DNA of 64,000 bases from Escherichia phage AV108, in sequence record OR352938.1, one strand, 5' to 3'. Shown in pieces: positions 15,916 through 25,888 of the stretch. Both the position numbers and the translations under genes were made by a program. The notes beneath the pieces are model-generated. The model had not been told where the DNA came from, ran no database searches, and saw only the letters and a program-made list of their open reading frames with translations. Every line of letters starts with the position of its first letter. Positions within the stretch are counted from its first letter, which is position 1.

Positions 15916-17078
15916 AGATATTTCCCGAATCGGTTGTAGTCGTCATCTGTTAAATCGGTATTAACCTGAGATACCAGATACATAATCTCTACTTCCTGCG
16001 CTGCATTCTGTACTTCGTCAGAGTTCAACCATTTACGCATCCACGGTAACGGATGACGACGAACACTAAACGGGCTTTTCAGTCCGGCAGCACGCATACG
16101 GGAATCTGCCAGGTATTCTACATAGGTTTTCAGAATTTCCGGTGACAGGTTAGGAATTGCCCCCATTGCGAATAGGTGGTCTACCCATTCTTTTTCTTGC
16201 TCGACAACATCCAGAAAGATTTTCGTTGCTTCGCCTTCAAGTTCTTCCGCAATCTGTTTCCACTCATCACCATCAACCCCCGTTTGCCATTGACGAATAA
16301 TGTATTGTGTGCCTTTTAAGTGAAGTTGTTCATCACGCGCAATAAATTTCATGATCTTCGCGTTACCTTCCAGTAAACCACGTTCGGCAAAGCTGAAAGT
16401 ACATGCAAAGGACACATAAAAACGAATTGCTTCCAGTGCATTGACGCAGTGTGCACACAGATAAATCGAAGCCATCAGATCTCGTTTTGTATCTTCAAAA
16501 AATCTTCTTGCATCATCTAATGCTGTCTGGTCGTCTCGTTCTTCCCAATAGCGGAGATCTTCTTTTGCATTCTCATACTTACGAATCCAATAAAGAACAT
16601 CATCATAATATTTCCCGATAGATTCCGCTCGCTTCATGATAGCAGGGTTATCGATGATCTGGTCGAACTCACTAGCCGGATCAATGAAACAGTTACGCAT
16701 AATGTGTGTATAGCTTCGGCTATGAATCGTTTCGCTGAATGTCCATGTTTGCAACCATGTATCGAGAGTTGGATCAGATACAATTGGACCAAATGCTGCG
16801 GACGGTGCGCGACCTTGAATAGAATCAAGTAATGTCTGATACTTCAAGTTTTCAGTAAAGAAACGCTTTTCAACGTCACCCATATTAAGATATTGAATAC
16901 GGTCGGTTGCAAGTGAAATTTCTTCGGGGCGCCAAAAAAATGACAGAGATTTTTCAATTAGTTCTTCAAATACTTGATGACGCTGAATGTCATAACGAGC
17001 GATACCTAAACCGCTACCCAGAAACATCGGTTCATTCATAATATCAACGTGTTCACGATTAAATACCGTATTTCCCAT
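15912..17078 (-). CDS. nrdB: ribonucleotide reductase small subunit
   Basis: collinear with T4 NrdB as recalled (VDIMNEPMF, ARYDIQRH, FFWRPEE); uninterrupted ORF, so no intron. Confidence 0.9.
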   Translation of the reverse strand: MGNTVFNREHVDIMNEPMFLGSGLGIARYDIQRHQVFEELIEKSLSFFWRPEEISLATDRIQYLNMGDVEKRFFTENLKYQTLLDSIQGRAPSAAFGPIVSDPTLDTWLQTWTFSETIHSRSYTHIMRNCFIDPASEFDQIIDNPAIMKRAESIGKYYDDVLYWIRKYENAKEDLRYWEERDDQTALDDARRFFEDTKRDLMASIYLCAHCVNALEAIRFYVSFACTFSFAERGLLEGNAKIMKFIARDEQLHLKGTQYIIRQWQTGVDGDEWKQIAEELEGEATKIFLDVVEQEKEWVDHLFAMGAIPNLSPEILKTYVEYLADSRMRAAGLKSPFSVRRHPLPWMRKWLNSDEVQNAAQEVEIMYLVSQVNTDLTDDDYNRFGKYL

Positions 17079-17753
17079 TCACATATTCCTCATTTTACAG
17101 TTATCAAAGTGCCATCGTAGAGCATTGCCTTTATTGGTAATTTTACCGCAATGCGGACAAGGATCTGCCACTGTTGCTTCCTTTGTCCTTTGTGCAATCA
17201 GCTTTATCATTTCCTCGCTATGTGGTATTCCTTTAGTTGGCGATGGTTTCCCAAACATAGGATTTTTACTTCCCATTCTAGCTTTTGAAATGTTTAACGC
17301 GTGCTCCTTTGTTTTTGGCTTACGCATTTTAGCTTTTGTCTCTTCTGATTTCAACACACCTTTCGAAGATTCGCTAATCTTTCTTCGCGTTTCTTCTTTC
17401 ATCGGCTTGCCCTTTCTTTGTTCAGAGATAAGTACCCTAGCTTGTTCATATACCCTAGACGAAACAATATAATCTCTTTTATTGGTCTTCGCATTTTTTG
17501 CTAAACACATCATACCAAATGCTTGTGCCATAGGTCCACCATGAATTTTTGCTAGCAGATGATGAATCACGAAATGTTCTTTTGCTGTCAAATCAATCAG
17601 GTTATCAACTTCATCACCGCCACCCATAGATCTCGGTAAAATATGATGTGTTTCCTTATATCCTTCAACGGTTCCTCTTATCTTTGCTTTTTCTATGATT
17701 GCGTCATGTAATTTTTGTAAGTTCATGAATAAATCCTCGTTTCTGTATACCAT
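17079..17753 (-). CDS. mobE: HNH homing endonuclease (MobE-like by position)
   Basis: HNH core THHILPRSMGGGDEVDNLIDLTAKEH; C-terminal basic repeats and CPHCG zinc knuckle; inserted between nrdA and nrdB exactly where T4 carries mobE. Confidence 0.6.
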   Translation of the reverse strand: MVYRNEDLFMNLQKLHDAIIEKAKIRGTVEGYKETHHILPRSMGGGDEVDNLIDLTAKEHFVIHHLLAKIHGGPMAQAFGMMCLAKNAKTNKRDYIVSSRVYEQARVLISEQRKGKPMKEETRRKISESSKGVLKSEETKAKMRKPKTKEHALNISKARMGSKNPMFGKPSPTKGIPHSEEMIKLIAQRTKEATVADPCPHCGKITNKGNALRWHFDNCKMRNM

Positions 17754-17823
17754 TATTTATCAGGTATCCAGAAGAAGGATTAATTCACCTCACCATTATC
17801 CTACAACCTCAAAACATTTATCA

Positions 17824-18027
17824 TCAGGAAGAATCGCCCATTCTACAACCGTATTCATCCTCGACGTAGTAGCAAGTCCCATCATGTCGAGCATCATATT
17901 CATCACCAACAACAAAGCTATCAGCTAGCTCAAAATCTACAGCAACACATTTTAATTTGGTCATAATAAAATCCTCACTTGTTTTTGATGGTTGTATTAT
18001 AGCGGGGATTTCTCCCCGCGTCAACAC
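17824..18027 (-). CDS. hypothetical small protein
   Basis: promoter 17996-18024 lies within the listed 5' end, so the likely start is the internal MTKLK. Confidence 0.35.
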   Translation of the reverse strand: MLTRGEIPAIIQPSKTSEDFIMTKLKCVAVDFELADSFVVGDEYDARHDGTCYYVEDEYGCRMGDSS

Positions 18028-18032
18028 TTATT

Positions 18033-20276
18033 TTACAGCTTGCAAGATGAGCACTCGCTAGCGTCTTCCGTACCATCAGCACCGTCGCGAACGTTCGCAT
18101 AATACAGGGTTTTCAGACCGTAATATTGAGCAAACAACATATCATCTAACACATCAGCAATATCGACTTTACCAGTCTTATAAGTGCTTGGATCGTATGA
18201 TGTATTGGAACTAATCGCCTGATCCACAAACTTCTGCATGATCGCTGCCAGTGTCAGATAAGGCTTGTTACCTTTCTTGATCAGTGTCCAAAGCAGGTCA
18301 ATAACATCAGCATTATTCTCTACGTTCGGAATAACCTGATTAAATTGCCCTTCTTTCGATCCTTTAACCGATACAATACCGCGAGGCGGTTCAATACCGT
18401 TTGTGCTGTTAGATACCTGAGAAGACGACTCACAAGGCATCAGAGCCGAAAGCGTACTGTTACGAATGCCATATTTTTTCAGGTCTTCGCGCAGTTCTTC
18501 CCAATCCATCTCATATACCGGATCAACCAGTTCATCTACTGTCTTTTTGTACCAGTCGATAGGCAGTTCACCGCGTCCATAACGTGTTTCGTGCATCAGT
18601 TCGCAAGCACCCTTCTCTTTAGCCAGTTGCACACTAGCCTTAATCAGAGCATATTGCAAGCGTTCAAACGTTTTATGCGTAAACTCGTTAGCGTCTTCAT
18701 ATGTGAAGAAATTATCCGCGAGATACGATGCAAAGTTAGTCACCCCAACACCCAGAGAGCGACGTTTTTTGGATGTCAGAGCTTGCTCTACAGGATAATC
18801 CTGGTAATCTAACAGGTTGTCAAGTGCACGCACCATAACCATAGCAATGCGTTCTACTTCTTCCATATTTTCGATATCAAAGTTTCCTAAAACATATGCT
18901 GCCAAAGTACATAGGCTGATCTCTGAATCATCACGACCCATCGGTTTTGTAGGCAGAGCAATTTCACAACACAGGTTGGATTGTTTAATCGGTGCTACAT
19001 TACGAATAAACGCCCCGTGATTGTTCATGTTGTCTGTGAACGTTGGGTAGATTCGACCAGTGTTAAAACGTTCAATTGCCACCGCTAAAAACAGGTCTTC
19101 GGCTTTAACACGAGTTTTACGAACACTCGGATCTTTTTCCAGTTTTTCGTAAAGCTGGCGGAAACCTTCCTCATCTCGGAAGTATAGATCCCACAACAAG
19201 CCACCTGCAACATCTGGACTAAACAGAGTAATGTAATCCCGTTTAAGGAATCGCTCTACCATCAGGTTATTAATCTGTACGCCGTAATCAAGATGACGAA
19301 TGCGGTTATCTTCCACCCCCTTATTGTTCTTTAACACAATCAGACTTTCAAACTCTAAATGCCACATTGGGTAATAGAGAGTCGCCGCCCCGCCACGAAT
19401 ACCGCCTTGTGAGCATGACTTAACGGCAGTCTGAAAATGTTTCCAGAATGGGATAACGCCAGTATGACGAACTTCACCATGCCCGATCTTAGATCCTTCC
19501 GCGCGAATCATGCCAGCGTTGATACCGATACCAGCACGCTTGCTAATATACTTGATGATTGCATTTGCTGTTTCGTTGATGCCCTGCAATGAGTCATCAC
19601 TTTCAATCACCACACACGAACTAAATTGGCGTGTTGGGGTACGCACACCTGCCATAATCGGAGTAGGCAGAGAGATTTGCTTATTCGCAACAGCATTATA
19701 AAAATCAATCACATGTTCAAGTCTATTTTCGGTCTCTTCTTGATGCAAGCACATACCGATCAGCATATACGCAAATTGCGGTGTTTCGATGATTTTCTTA
19801 GTGCTGCGATCCTGAACAAGATATTTCTCTTTTAACTGCATCGCACCAGCATAGGTCATTTTAAAATCAAGTTTATGGTCGATGAATTTCTCCAGATATT
19901 CCACTTCTTCACGGGAATACTTTTGCAGAATTTCGCGATCATATTTTCCGATTGCAATATTACGCTCAATATGGCTATAAAAATCAATAGGTTGGAATTG
20001 ACCGTATACTGATTTACGAAGCGCGAACATTGCAAGGTTACTTGCTACATATTGATAATCGGGTGTTTCTACCGTGATGTTATCTGCGGCGACCTTAATC
20101 AATACTTTCTGGATATCATTGGTAGACATACCTTCTGTCAGAAGTGGTTCAACCATATCAAACAATTCATATGGATCAACGTTATGACCTTCGGCTGCCG
20201 CTTCCAGAATTTTCATTACTTTTTCTTTTTCAAACGGAACAGTCAGACCGGAAGACTTAACAACATTTTTAATCAT
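18033..20276 (-). CDS. nrdA: ribonucleotide reductase large subunit
   Basis: 747 aa, long identical blocks to T4 NrdA as recalled (GVIPFWKHFQTAVKSCSQGGIRGGAAT, NSTLSALMPCESSSQVSNSTNG). Confidence 0.92.
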   Translation of the reverse strand: MIKNVVKSSGLTVPFEKEKVMKILEAAAEGHNVDPYELFDMVEPLLTEGMSTNDIQKVLIKVAADNITVETPDYQYVASNLAMFALRKSVYGQFQPIDFYSHIERNIAIGKYDREILQKYSREEVEYLEKFIDHKLDFKMTYAGAMQLKEKYLVQDRSTKKIIETPQFAYMLIGMCLHQEETENRLEHVIDFYNAVANKQISLPTPIMAGVRTPTRQFSSCVVIESDDSLQGINETANAIIKYISKRAGIGINAGMIRAEGSKIGHGEVRHTGVIPFWKHFQTAVKSCSQGGIRGGAATLYYPMWHLEFESLIVLKNNKGVEDNRIRHLDYGVQINNLMVERFLKRDYITLFSPDVAGGLLWDLYFRDEEGFRQLYEKLEKDPSVRKTRVKAEDLFLAVAIERFNTGRIYPTFTDNMNNHGAFIRNVAPIKQSNLCCEIALPTKPMGRDDSEISLCTLAAYVLGNFDIENMEEVERIAMVMVRALDNLLDYQDYPVEQALTSKKRRSLGVGVTNFASYLADNFFTYEDANEFTHKTFERLQYALIKASVQLAKEKGACELMHETRYGRGELPIDWYKKTVDELVDPVYEMDWEELREDLKKYGIRNSTLSALMPCESSSQVSNSTNGIEPPRGIVSVKGSKEGQFNQVIPNVENNADVIDLLWTLIKKGNKPYLTLAAIMQKFVDQAISSNTSYDPSTYKTGKVDIADVLDDMLFAQYYGLKTLYYANVRDGADGTEDASECSSCKL

Positions 20277-20344
20277 ATTACCTCACTTCATATTTTAGCA
20301 GGAACAAGTTTATCCTCCATATTGGGGGCTTTCGCCCCCTTTGT

Positions 20345-21577
20345 TTATACTGCCATTTGAGCGGTGATCGCTGGATGGCTTTGATAGTTGTGAATTTTAA
20401 AGTCTTTCGGAGTCTTTGTCAATACCTCATCTAAAGATTTAAATTCCGGCAACTCAATTGTTGGTTTATCAAACGGAACACGGCTTAACTGTTCCATAAC
20501 TTGATCAAAGTGGTTTTTGTAAATGTGAGTATCTCCACCAGAGAAAATCAGTTCTCCTACCTCAAGATCACACATTTTCGCTATGATGTGAGTTAACAGC
20601 GCATAGCTGGCAACATTAAAGGGCAAGCCCAAAAAGCTGTCTACGCTTCGCTGAAACCACATACAAGACAGTTTACCTTCATTGACGTAGAATTGCACGA
20701 AAGGATGACATACACCCAATACAGCATTATGTGTTCCTTGTACGTTCCATGAGTCAATAATGATCCGGCGATCCGTTGGATTGTTTTTAATTTGTTCAAT
20801 CACGTTTTGTAACTGGTCTTCCCAAATCTTCGGGCGATAGACATATTCTTCATCGTCTTTAGTGCTCGATGTGTCTACGTCCATACTAGCAAAGATCGTG
20901 GTATCTGGTGCTAAAATATCCCCACCCAGATAATCACTATCAAGTAGATAACCGAAATAACCATCATCTACCCATTCCTGGAATCCCCACAAGCAATATG
21001 CATCATTAACAAAATTAGATTGAGTCTTCCAGTGATCTGCTACTAAGAATTGATTATATTCAGAATCAAACTCTTCATAACGCATACCACGCCAGATAGC
21101 ACATAAACGGTCTTCTGTGTCGTTGGTTGGCGTAAAGTCTTCTACCCACGGGTGCTTAAATGTATGTGCATATTTGCTCTTAACGCGCTTAATTTTGATT
21201 TCACCGTGTGGATGAATCGGTTTGCGTCGCCATGCCATACCATACATATTGCCGACATTATAACCATTGAATCGCAAAGGATTCTTTTCTTTCATATCAA
21301 GACAGTTGCCGCGCCAAATGTCGAAGGCTTCTTCGTCAAACTTACCGCGTGTAATTTCCTGTAAGCGACGGCGGTCAAGTGATCCCTCCATAAACCATAG
21401 CAATTCGCCAATTACAGAGGCTGTAGCCATCTTTTTAGTGGTCAGTAATGGGAAACCCTTGCTTAAATCAATTCGCATCTCTGCGCCGAATTTAGAGAGC
21501 GTACCTACCCCCGTGCGGTCTTCACGAGGCCAGCCATTATCAAGAACATCACGCAACAGTTTCAAATATTCTTTCAT
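20345..21577 (-). CDS. td: thymidylate synthase with a large internal insertion
   Basis: TS motifs DRTGVGT, RRIIIDSWNV, CHPFVQFYV, GLPFNVASYALL, GGDTHIYKNH; about 115 extra residues between YGMAWR and EDQLQNV; continuous frame. Confidence 0.88.
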   Translation of the reverse strand: MKEYLKLLRDVLDNGWPREDRTGVGTLSKFGAEMRIDLSKGFPLLTTKKMATASVIGELLWFMEGSLDRRRLQEITRGKFDEEAFDIWRGNCLDMKEKNPLRFNGYNVGNMYGMAWRRKPIHPHGEIKIKRVKSKYAHTFKHPWVEDFTPTNDTEDRLCAIWRGMRYEEFDSEYNQFLVADHWKTQSNFVNDAYCLWGFQEWVDDGYFGYLLDSDYLGGDILAPDTTIFASMDVDTSSTKDDEEYVYRPKIWEDQLQNVIEQIKNNPTDRRIIIDSWNVQGTHNAVLGVCHPFVQFYVNEGKLSCMWFQRSVDSFLGLPFNVASYALLTHIIAKMCDLEVGELIFSGGDTHIYKNHFDQVMEQLSRVPFDKPTIELPEFKSLDEVLTKTPKDFKIHNYQSHPAITAQMAV

Positions 21578-21839
21578 CCCACATCCCCTTTTTCTTTGCT
21601 TTCTTACGCAGTTTTGCTACTGTCTCGCTAATGTTAATAAAAATATCGTCTGGACCGAATACAGTAACAGGTCTTGATATATCGCTATTTTCTTGTACAG
21701 GAAACCATGACGCTTTCGATTCATCATAGAGATATTGCAACCCGTAAAGATCTTCTGCTACTGCGTAGTTTTCATTGGTTGCCGACCATAATCGAATAAT
21801 ACTGATTTTCATTATTGTTCCCGTCCGCAGTGTAAACAC
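21549..21839 (-). CDS. hypothetical protein
   Basis: 96-aa ORF between frd and td, 3' end overlaps the td start. Confidence 0.4.
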   Translation of the reverse strand: MFTLRTGTIMKISIIRLWSATNENYAVAEDLYGLQYLYDESKASWFPVQENSDISRPVTVFGPDDIFINISETVAKLRKKAKKKGMWDERIFETVA

Positions 21840-21905
21840 CGACTACCAGCAAACATCAAAGATTCACCACAATGTTTGCACTCATAATCTGTCAGAATTT
21901 TCATG

Positions 21906-22487
21906 TTACGCCTTCTTACGTTCTAAAATTTGTTCGCTGATCAGGTAATCATCAAGGAAGTAATTATGTTCTTCTTTTGTTGTAAAATCAAAATATAATT
22001 CCTGAATCATTTCCTTAGAGATGCCAACATCATATTCAAACGGATCATTAATTCCTGATCGTTGAACATACGTTAACACAATACGGTCCGCAAAGTCAAC
22101 TGCTTTTTCAATCAGGGAAGGTCCGCCAATAACGCTTACCAAACCTTGCAATTTCTCTATGACTTCTAATAATTCCTTCAATCCACCATCATTAGTAATC
22201 GCGGTATACACATCTGGTTGGTCGCCGTTTTTTGCTTTCGGTGCTGGCTTACTGGTATCGGTGCTAACAACCACATTCACACGACCTTCCAGTGCTTTAG
22301 GGAGACTTTCAAAGGTATTACGTCCCATTACAACCGCCGCAAGATCAACATCTCCCATAGTGCGCATTTTAAAGTTTTCCATGTCCTTTTTGATTGGACG
22401 TCCCCACGGTAAACCGCCTTTAAAACCAAAAGCCCAATTTTCATCTGACATTTTAGTGTCACCAATCGCAAATACACATTGAATCAT
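21906..22487 (-). CDS. frd: dihydrofolate reductase
   Basis: DHFR N-terminal pattern (FGxxGGLPWG) and frd-td-nrdA order as in T4. Confidence 0.85.
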   Translation of the reverse strand: MIQCVFAIGDTKMSDENWAFGFKGGLPWGRPIKKDMENFKMRTMGDVDLAAVVMGRNTFESLPKALEGRVNVVVSTDTSKPAPKAKNGDQPDVYTAITNDGGLKELLEVIEKLQGLVSVIGGPSLIEKAVDFADRIVLTYVQRSGINDPFEYDVGISKEMIQELYFDFTTKEEHNYFLDDYLISEQILERKKA

Positions 22488-22502
22488 AATATAAATCTCC
22501 CA

Positions 22503-22832
22503 TCAAATCAGTTTGAAATAGTTTTCGTTTACATTTTCTTCTGTGATTGCTGTCTTAAATTCTTGACCGTTATCCTGTGTGATGAAATAACGGTCAGAAT
22601 AATCACGAAAACGTTTTAAGTGAGATACCCCAACATTAACACCATTTTCCCAGAAACGAAAGGTAATCATTTTTGGTTCATATCGATAGTCGCTGGTTAA
22701 CACAGTACCATCCCCGCGACGGGCTTCATAAACCGTAATACATTCACGATTAGCGGCTTTAAGGCATTCTTCAATAGTGCCGCACGAGATAATACTTACT
22801 TTTTCATCTACGATTTGTTCTACAGTCCACAT
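22503..22832 (-). CDS. hypothetical protein
   Basis: ORF track 22503..22865; the promoter 22864-22891 overlaps that start, likely start ATG 22830-22832 with GAGAGG RBS. Confidence 0.45.
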   Translation of the reverse strand: MWTVEQIVDEKVSIISCGTIEECLKAANRECITVYEARRGDGTVLTSDYRYEPKMITFRFWENGVNVGVSHLKRFRDYSDRYFITQDNGQEFKTAITEENVNENYFKLI

Positions 22833-22863
22833 AATATAATCCTCTCTTTGTTTCGATATGTGC

Positions 22864-22891
22864 ATTATACACTATTGCGTTACGCTGTCAA
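22864..22891 (-). promoter_or_regulatory. sigma70-type early promoter
   Basis: tgtcaa 22886-22891 and attata 22864-22869. Confidence 0.45.
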
Positions 22892-24058
22892 CTCTTTTTC
22901 AAAAGATTTTACGATATACATGATGGTGCTCAATTCGGACGGCGCTACTGTCTCTGTGTAGCCATCCGGCATATCTTCTTTCGAGATATAGGAAGTTTTA
23001 CCTTTCATTACTTCCTTGATTTTGTTCTCTAATTCTAAGATCTTTTGACCGTCTTGTAAAGTCAATTCATAAAAGATCTCATGATCGAACTTTGAAACAC
23101 GAGATTGGTTTCTCATGCGCTCATGTGTTTCTTTGTTTGTTATTCCAAATTTCACGCCAACAAAGGAATCATTGTTGGTTAATTTCTGTATATAAAGAGT
23201 TCCTGTCTTTAATGCCTGATAACCATGCTTAGAACACAACGGGCAGCGTGTTCCGCGATTAACAAAATTATCAATAGTTACATCCCATTCATGGTTACGT
23301 TCGCATGTCAGAAGTATTCTTGTTAATGCACCTTTCCACTTTCCTGAAATCCCAATAAATTTTAGTCTGTTGGTTTCGCATATTTTTTCAATTTGTTTTA
23401 ATCGGTCACTTTTTGTTATTGGTGCTGTTCCGCTACATTTGCGACACCGACGACCTAGTTTGAACTTATCATAACTTTGTTCGTAAATGTGATTATTAGG
23501 ACACTCAAATTTAAGTTTAGTTTTTGTTCCTCTCCATTCCCCAATTATACCCAAAAATTTATAATCTCCTTTATTTTCATTTATATAAGATAAGGAATCT
23601 TCTTTATCATGCATCTTGCCCCCGTTACATAAAGGACATCTTGTTTTTTGATGAATGAAATCTGTATATGTTGGTTGGTATGTGTGTCCGTTTGTACAGT
23701 TCATAATGAGTCTTGTTCTGCTATTTTTATACTCCCCACCAACAAAACCAACAAATACATCGTTTGTTTCTTGTTTTATTCTTTCTATCACATTGTTTGG
23801 GTTTAATCTTTGAGAATCAACCACACATTTCTTACACGAAACGTTTTTCCTGATATTTGCTAGAGTTGATGTGTATTCATGCTTGTTATTACATAATATA
23901 AGAGCTTTTGTTTTGAGACCAGACCATTCTCCAACAAACCCCATGAAAGAATAACCAACTTCCAAACATGAATTTTTTACAACATTTTCCCAATAGAAGG
24001 GAGTTTTCGTGTTTCCTTTTATTTCTATACTAATCTCATGTGCTTGACGTACTAACAT
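22880..24058 (-). CDS. four-repeat Cys/His module protein with a GIY-YIG-like C-terminal segment
   Basis: four tandem modules of about 65 aa of form F-x-G-(F/I)-x-G-(E/K)-(W/Y)-x(4)-(T/R)-x(4)-C-x(2,3)-H-x(14,15)-C-x(2)-C; C-terminal LYIQKL-N9-VGVKFGIT; start taken at ATG 24056-24058 with GGAGGA RBS; ORF track to 24103. Confidence 0.5.
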   Translation of the reverse strand: MLVRQAHEISIEIKGNTKTPFYWENVVKNSCLEVGYSFMGFVGEWSGLKTKALILCNNKHEYTSTLANIRKNVSCKKCVVDSQRLNPNNVIERIKQETNDVFVGFVGGEYKNSRTRLIMNCTNGHTYQPTYTDFIHQKTRCPLCNGGKMHDKEDSLSYINENKGDYKFLGIIGEWRGTKTKLKFECPNNHIYEQSYDKFKLGRRCRKCSGTAPITKSDRLKQIEKICETNRLKFIGISGKWKGALTRILLTCERNHEWDVTIDNFVNRGTRCPLCSKHGYQALKTGTLYIQKLTNNDSFVGVKFGITNKETHERMRNQSRVSKFDHEIFYELTLQDGQKILELENKIKEVMKGKTSYISKEDMPDGYTETVAPSELSTIMYIVKSFEKELTA

Positions 24059-24088
24059 ATTTTTATCCTCCGTTGTTTCGATGATTGT

Positions 24089-24116
24089 ATTATACATTAC
24101 CACATCAGCATGTCAA
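24089..24116 (-). promoter_or_regulatory. sigma70-type early promoter
   Basis: tgtcaa 24111-24116, attata 24089-24094. Confidence 0.45.
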
Positions 24117-24142
24117 TACATTTTCATAAAATTTTAGGCAAT

Positions 24143-24168
24143 AAAAAAAGCCTTCCCGAAGGAAGGCT
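24143..24168 (-). terminator. rho-independent terminator after gene 32
   Basis: hairpin AGCCTTCC-cgaa-GGAAGGCT followed by a U-run on the minus-strand transcript. Confidence 0.65.
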
Positions 24169-24178
24169 TTAAAATTCA

Positions 24179-25147
24179 TTACATCCCTAACAGAGCGTCA
24201 AGATCATCCAGATCAGAAGCGGAGGAAGTACCGCCACCCAGGTCCAGAGATGCCATCAGGTCATCAGCGGAAGAATCTAACGCCGTGCTAGCTGCGTTAA
24301 TACCAACTACAGTGCTAGCTGCGGTAGTACCAGCGTCGAATGCATTCATCTGTGCGTCAAAATCATCAAGCTGGCTGTTAATCGCTGCCGCAGCACTGGA
24401 AGCCGCAGCACCAGCTACCATAGAAACGCCCATAGTTTTCTTAAATTTGGTTTCCAGTTCATCGAACGGTTTAAACTGGCTAGGCGCTACAATCTCACTC
24501 AGATCAACCATGTTTTCCATCAGATATTTCTGATATGCTTCGTCTTCAATTTTCGGAAGCTGTGATTGCTGCATGAAACGAGAATCATCATAGTTCTGGT
24601 GTTTATCAACCTTCTTAGCTTTCAGGAGGAAGTTAGCACCGGAGAACACACAAGTTACATCTACCGGAACTTCGCCCATGTCGGTATTCACGTTCACCAT
24701 TGCAACGATCTTATCATAAATTTTCTGACCGAAGCGGAATTTGAATACCTTACCTTCATTTTCTGGTGCTTGAGGATCTTTCAGTACCAGAATGTTTGCG
24801 TAGTAAGACGCTTTACGCTTAATCAGTTGCCATTCGGTTTTATCGGTATTGTATAGGTCTTTTTCGTTAATATATTTGCACACAGGGCAAGAATCAAAAT
24901 CACCGTGGGTGCTGGAGCAGTTTTCCCAATACCATTTACCATTAACTTTGAAGGAATGGTTTACCAGTTTCACAATCGGCAGACCGTCTTCTGTCTTAGA
25001 CGGCAGGAAGCGAATCAGGGCTTCACCGTTACCTGCTGCATCAGTCTTAATCTTCCACTCTTTCGGATCTTCTTTGGAGAAACCGTTGCCACCTTTCAGT
25101 GCGGCCAGTTGAGCTTGTAGTTTGGAAGAATCTTGGCGTTTAAACAT
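24179..25147 (-). CDS. 32: single-stranded DNA-binding protein
   Basis: collinear with T4 gp32 as recalled ([40 protein letters not shown]); Ala/Ser/Asp-rich acidic tail; start at MFKRQ (25145-25147). Confidence 0.92.
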   Translation of the reverse strand: MFKRQDSSKLQAQLAALKGGNGFSKEDPKEWKIKTDAAGNGEALIRFLPSKTEDGLPIVKLVNHSFKVNGKWYWENCSSTHGDFDSCPVCKYINEKDLYNTDKTEWQLIKRKASYYANILVLKDPQAPENEGKVFKFRFGQKIYDKIVAMVNVNTDMGEVPVDVTCVFSGANFLLKAKKVDKHQNYDDSRFMQQSQLPKIEDEAYQKYLMENMVDLSEIVAPSQFKPFDELETKFKKTMGVSMVAGAAASSAAAAINSQLDDFDAQMNAFDAGTTAASTVVGINAASTALDSSADDLMASLDLGGGTSSASDLDDLDALLGM

Positions 25148-25207
25148 ATTCACTATTCCTTCTTTTGATTGATTTACTAGACTATTATACAGATTTAAGT
25201 TTACTTG

Positions 25208-25888
25208 TCAACTATTTGTTTCTGCTTTTAATTGAGATATTTCTTTACACTCTTTAACTACTTTAACAAATAATGCTCTTGCTTTTGCGGCGTCAATAAC
25301 AAGTAGTTTCTTGTACGCCTTCATTTTAACACTATAAGTTTGCCAAATCAAGTCTTTGGCTACCTTGTCGTGTTCGTCGATTATATTTAGAAAGCTATCT
25401 AACAACATAAACGACTCAAACGATATAATCCGATTTTGCAGTAGTTTAAAGATACCGCTAGTTTCGGTTGCGGGATTATATGTAATTAGCTCTTTAAGAG
25501 TAACCCCGCGTTTCTCTGAGAAGTATACAAGACTTTTAATGTCATCGTCAAATCGTGTTGCCGCATCAGTGATTTTACCGATGTACTCCATGTAAAACCC
25601 GTATGCGTCAACATCGGTGATTTCACCTACCCATGCATCGGTATTAGCTACCAGATTGCTTAAGAATAGGAAGTATAATTCTCTTAGATTGTACTTTTCC
25701 GCTAATTTTGCGAAATAATACTTATCTCTGCGTTTATTGAATGCGGCATCAGACAACCGCATCCTCCAATTGTATTTTACGCAATCATAACGCCCGTTCA
25801 TATGAGCTTTCATCATGCAATATAACATATACACAGATTTAGCATTAATTCGCATATCTGGATCTGGAGGAAGACGGTTTCTGATCAT
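25208..25888 (-). CDS. 59: helicase loader
   Basis: collinear with T4 gp59 as recalled (KSVYMLYCMMKAHMNGRYD, KYNWRMRLSDAAFNKRRDKYYF, IISFESFMLLDSFLNIIDEHD). Confidence 0.9.
   Translation of the reverse strand: MIRNRLPPDPDMRINAKSVYMLYCMMKAHMNGRYDCVKYNWRMRLSDAAFNKRRDKYYFAKLAEKYNLRELYFLFLSNLVANTDAWVGEITDVDAYGFYMEYIGKITDAATRFDDDIKSLVYFSEKRGVTLKELITYNPATETSGIFKLLQNRIISFESFMLLDSFLNIIDEHDKVAKDLIWQTYSVKMKAYKKLLVIDAAKARALFVKVVKECKEISQLKAETNS

Noticed and set aside
15912-17078. Possible intron in nrdB as in T4
   Set aside because: The ORF is uninterrupted and the same length as mature T4 NrdB; the neighbouring HNH gene is free-standing
18345-19835. Plus-strand ORFs inside nrdA (18345..18812, 18817..19020, 19510..19835)
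   Set aside because: Antisense to a gene with near-complete collinearity to T4 NrdA; no RBS
20345-21577. Possible group I intron or intein in td (the T4 td has an intron)
   Set aside because: The frame is continuous through the extra 115 codons with protein-like composition, the insert is not at the T4 intron position, and no intein boundary residues are present
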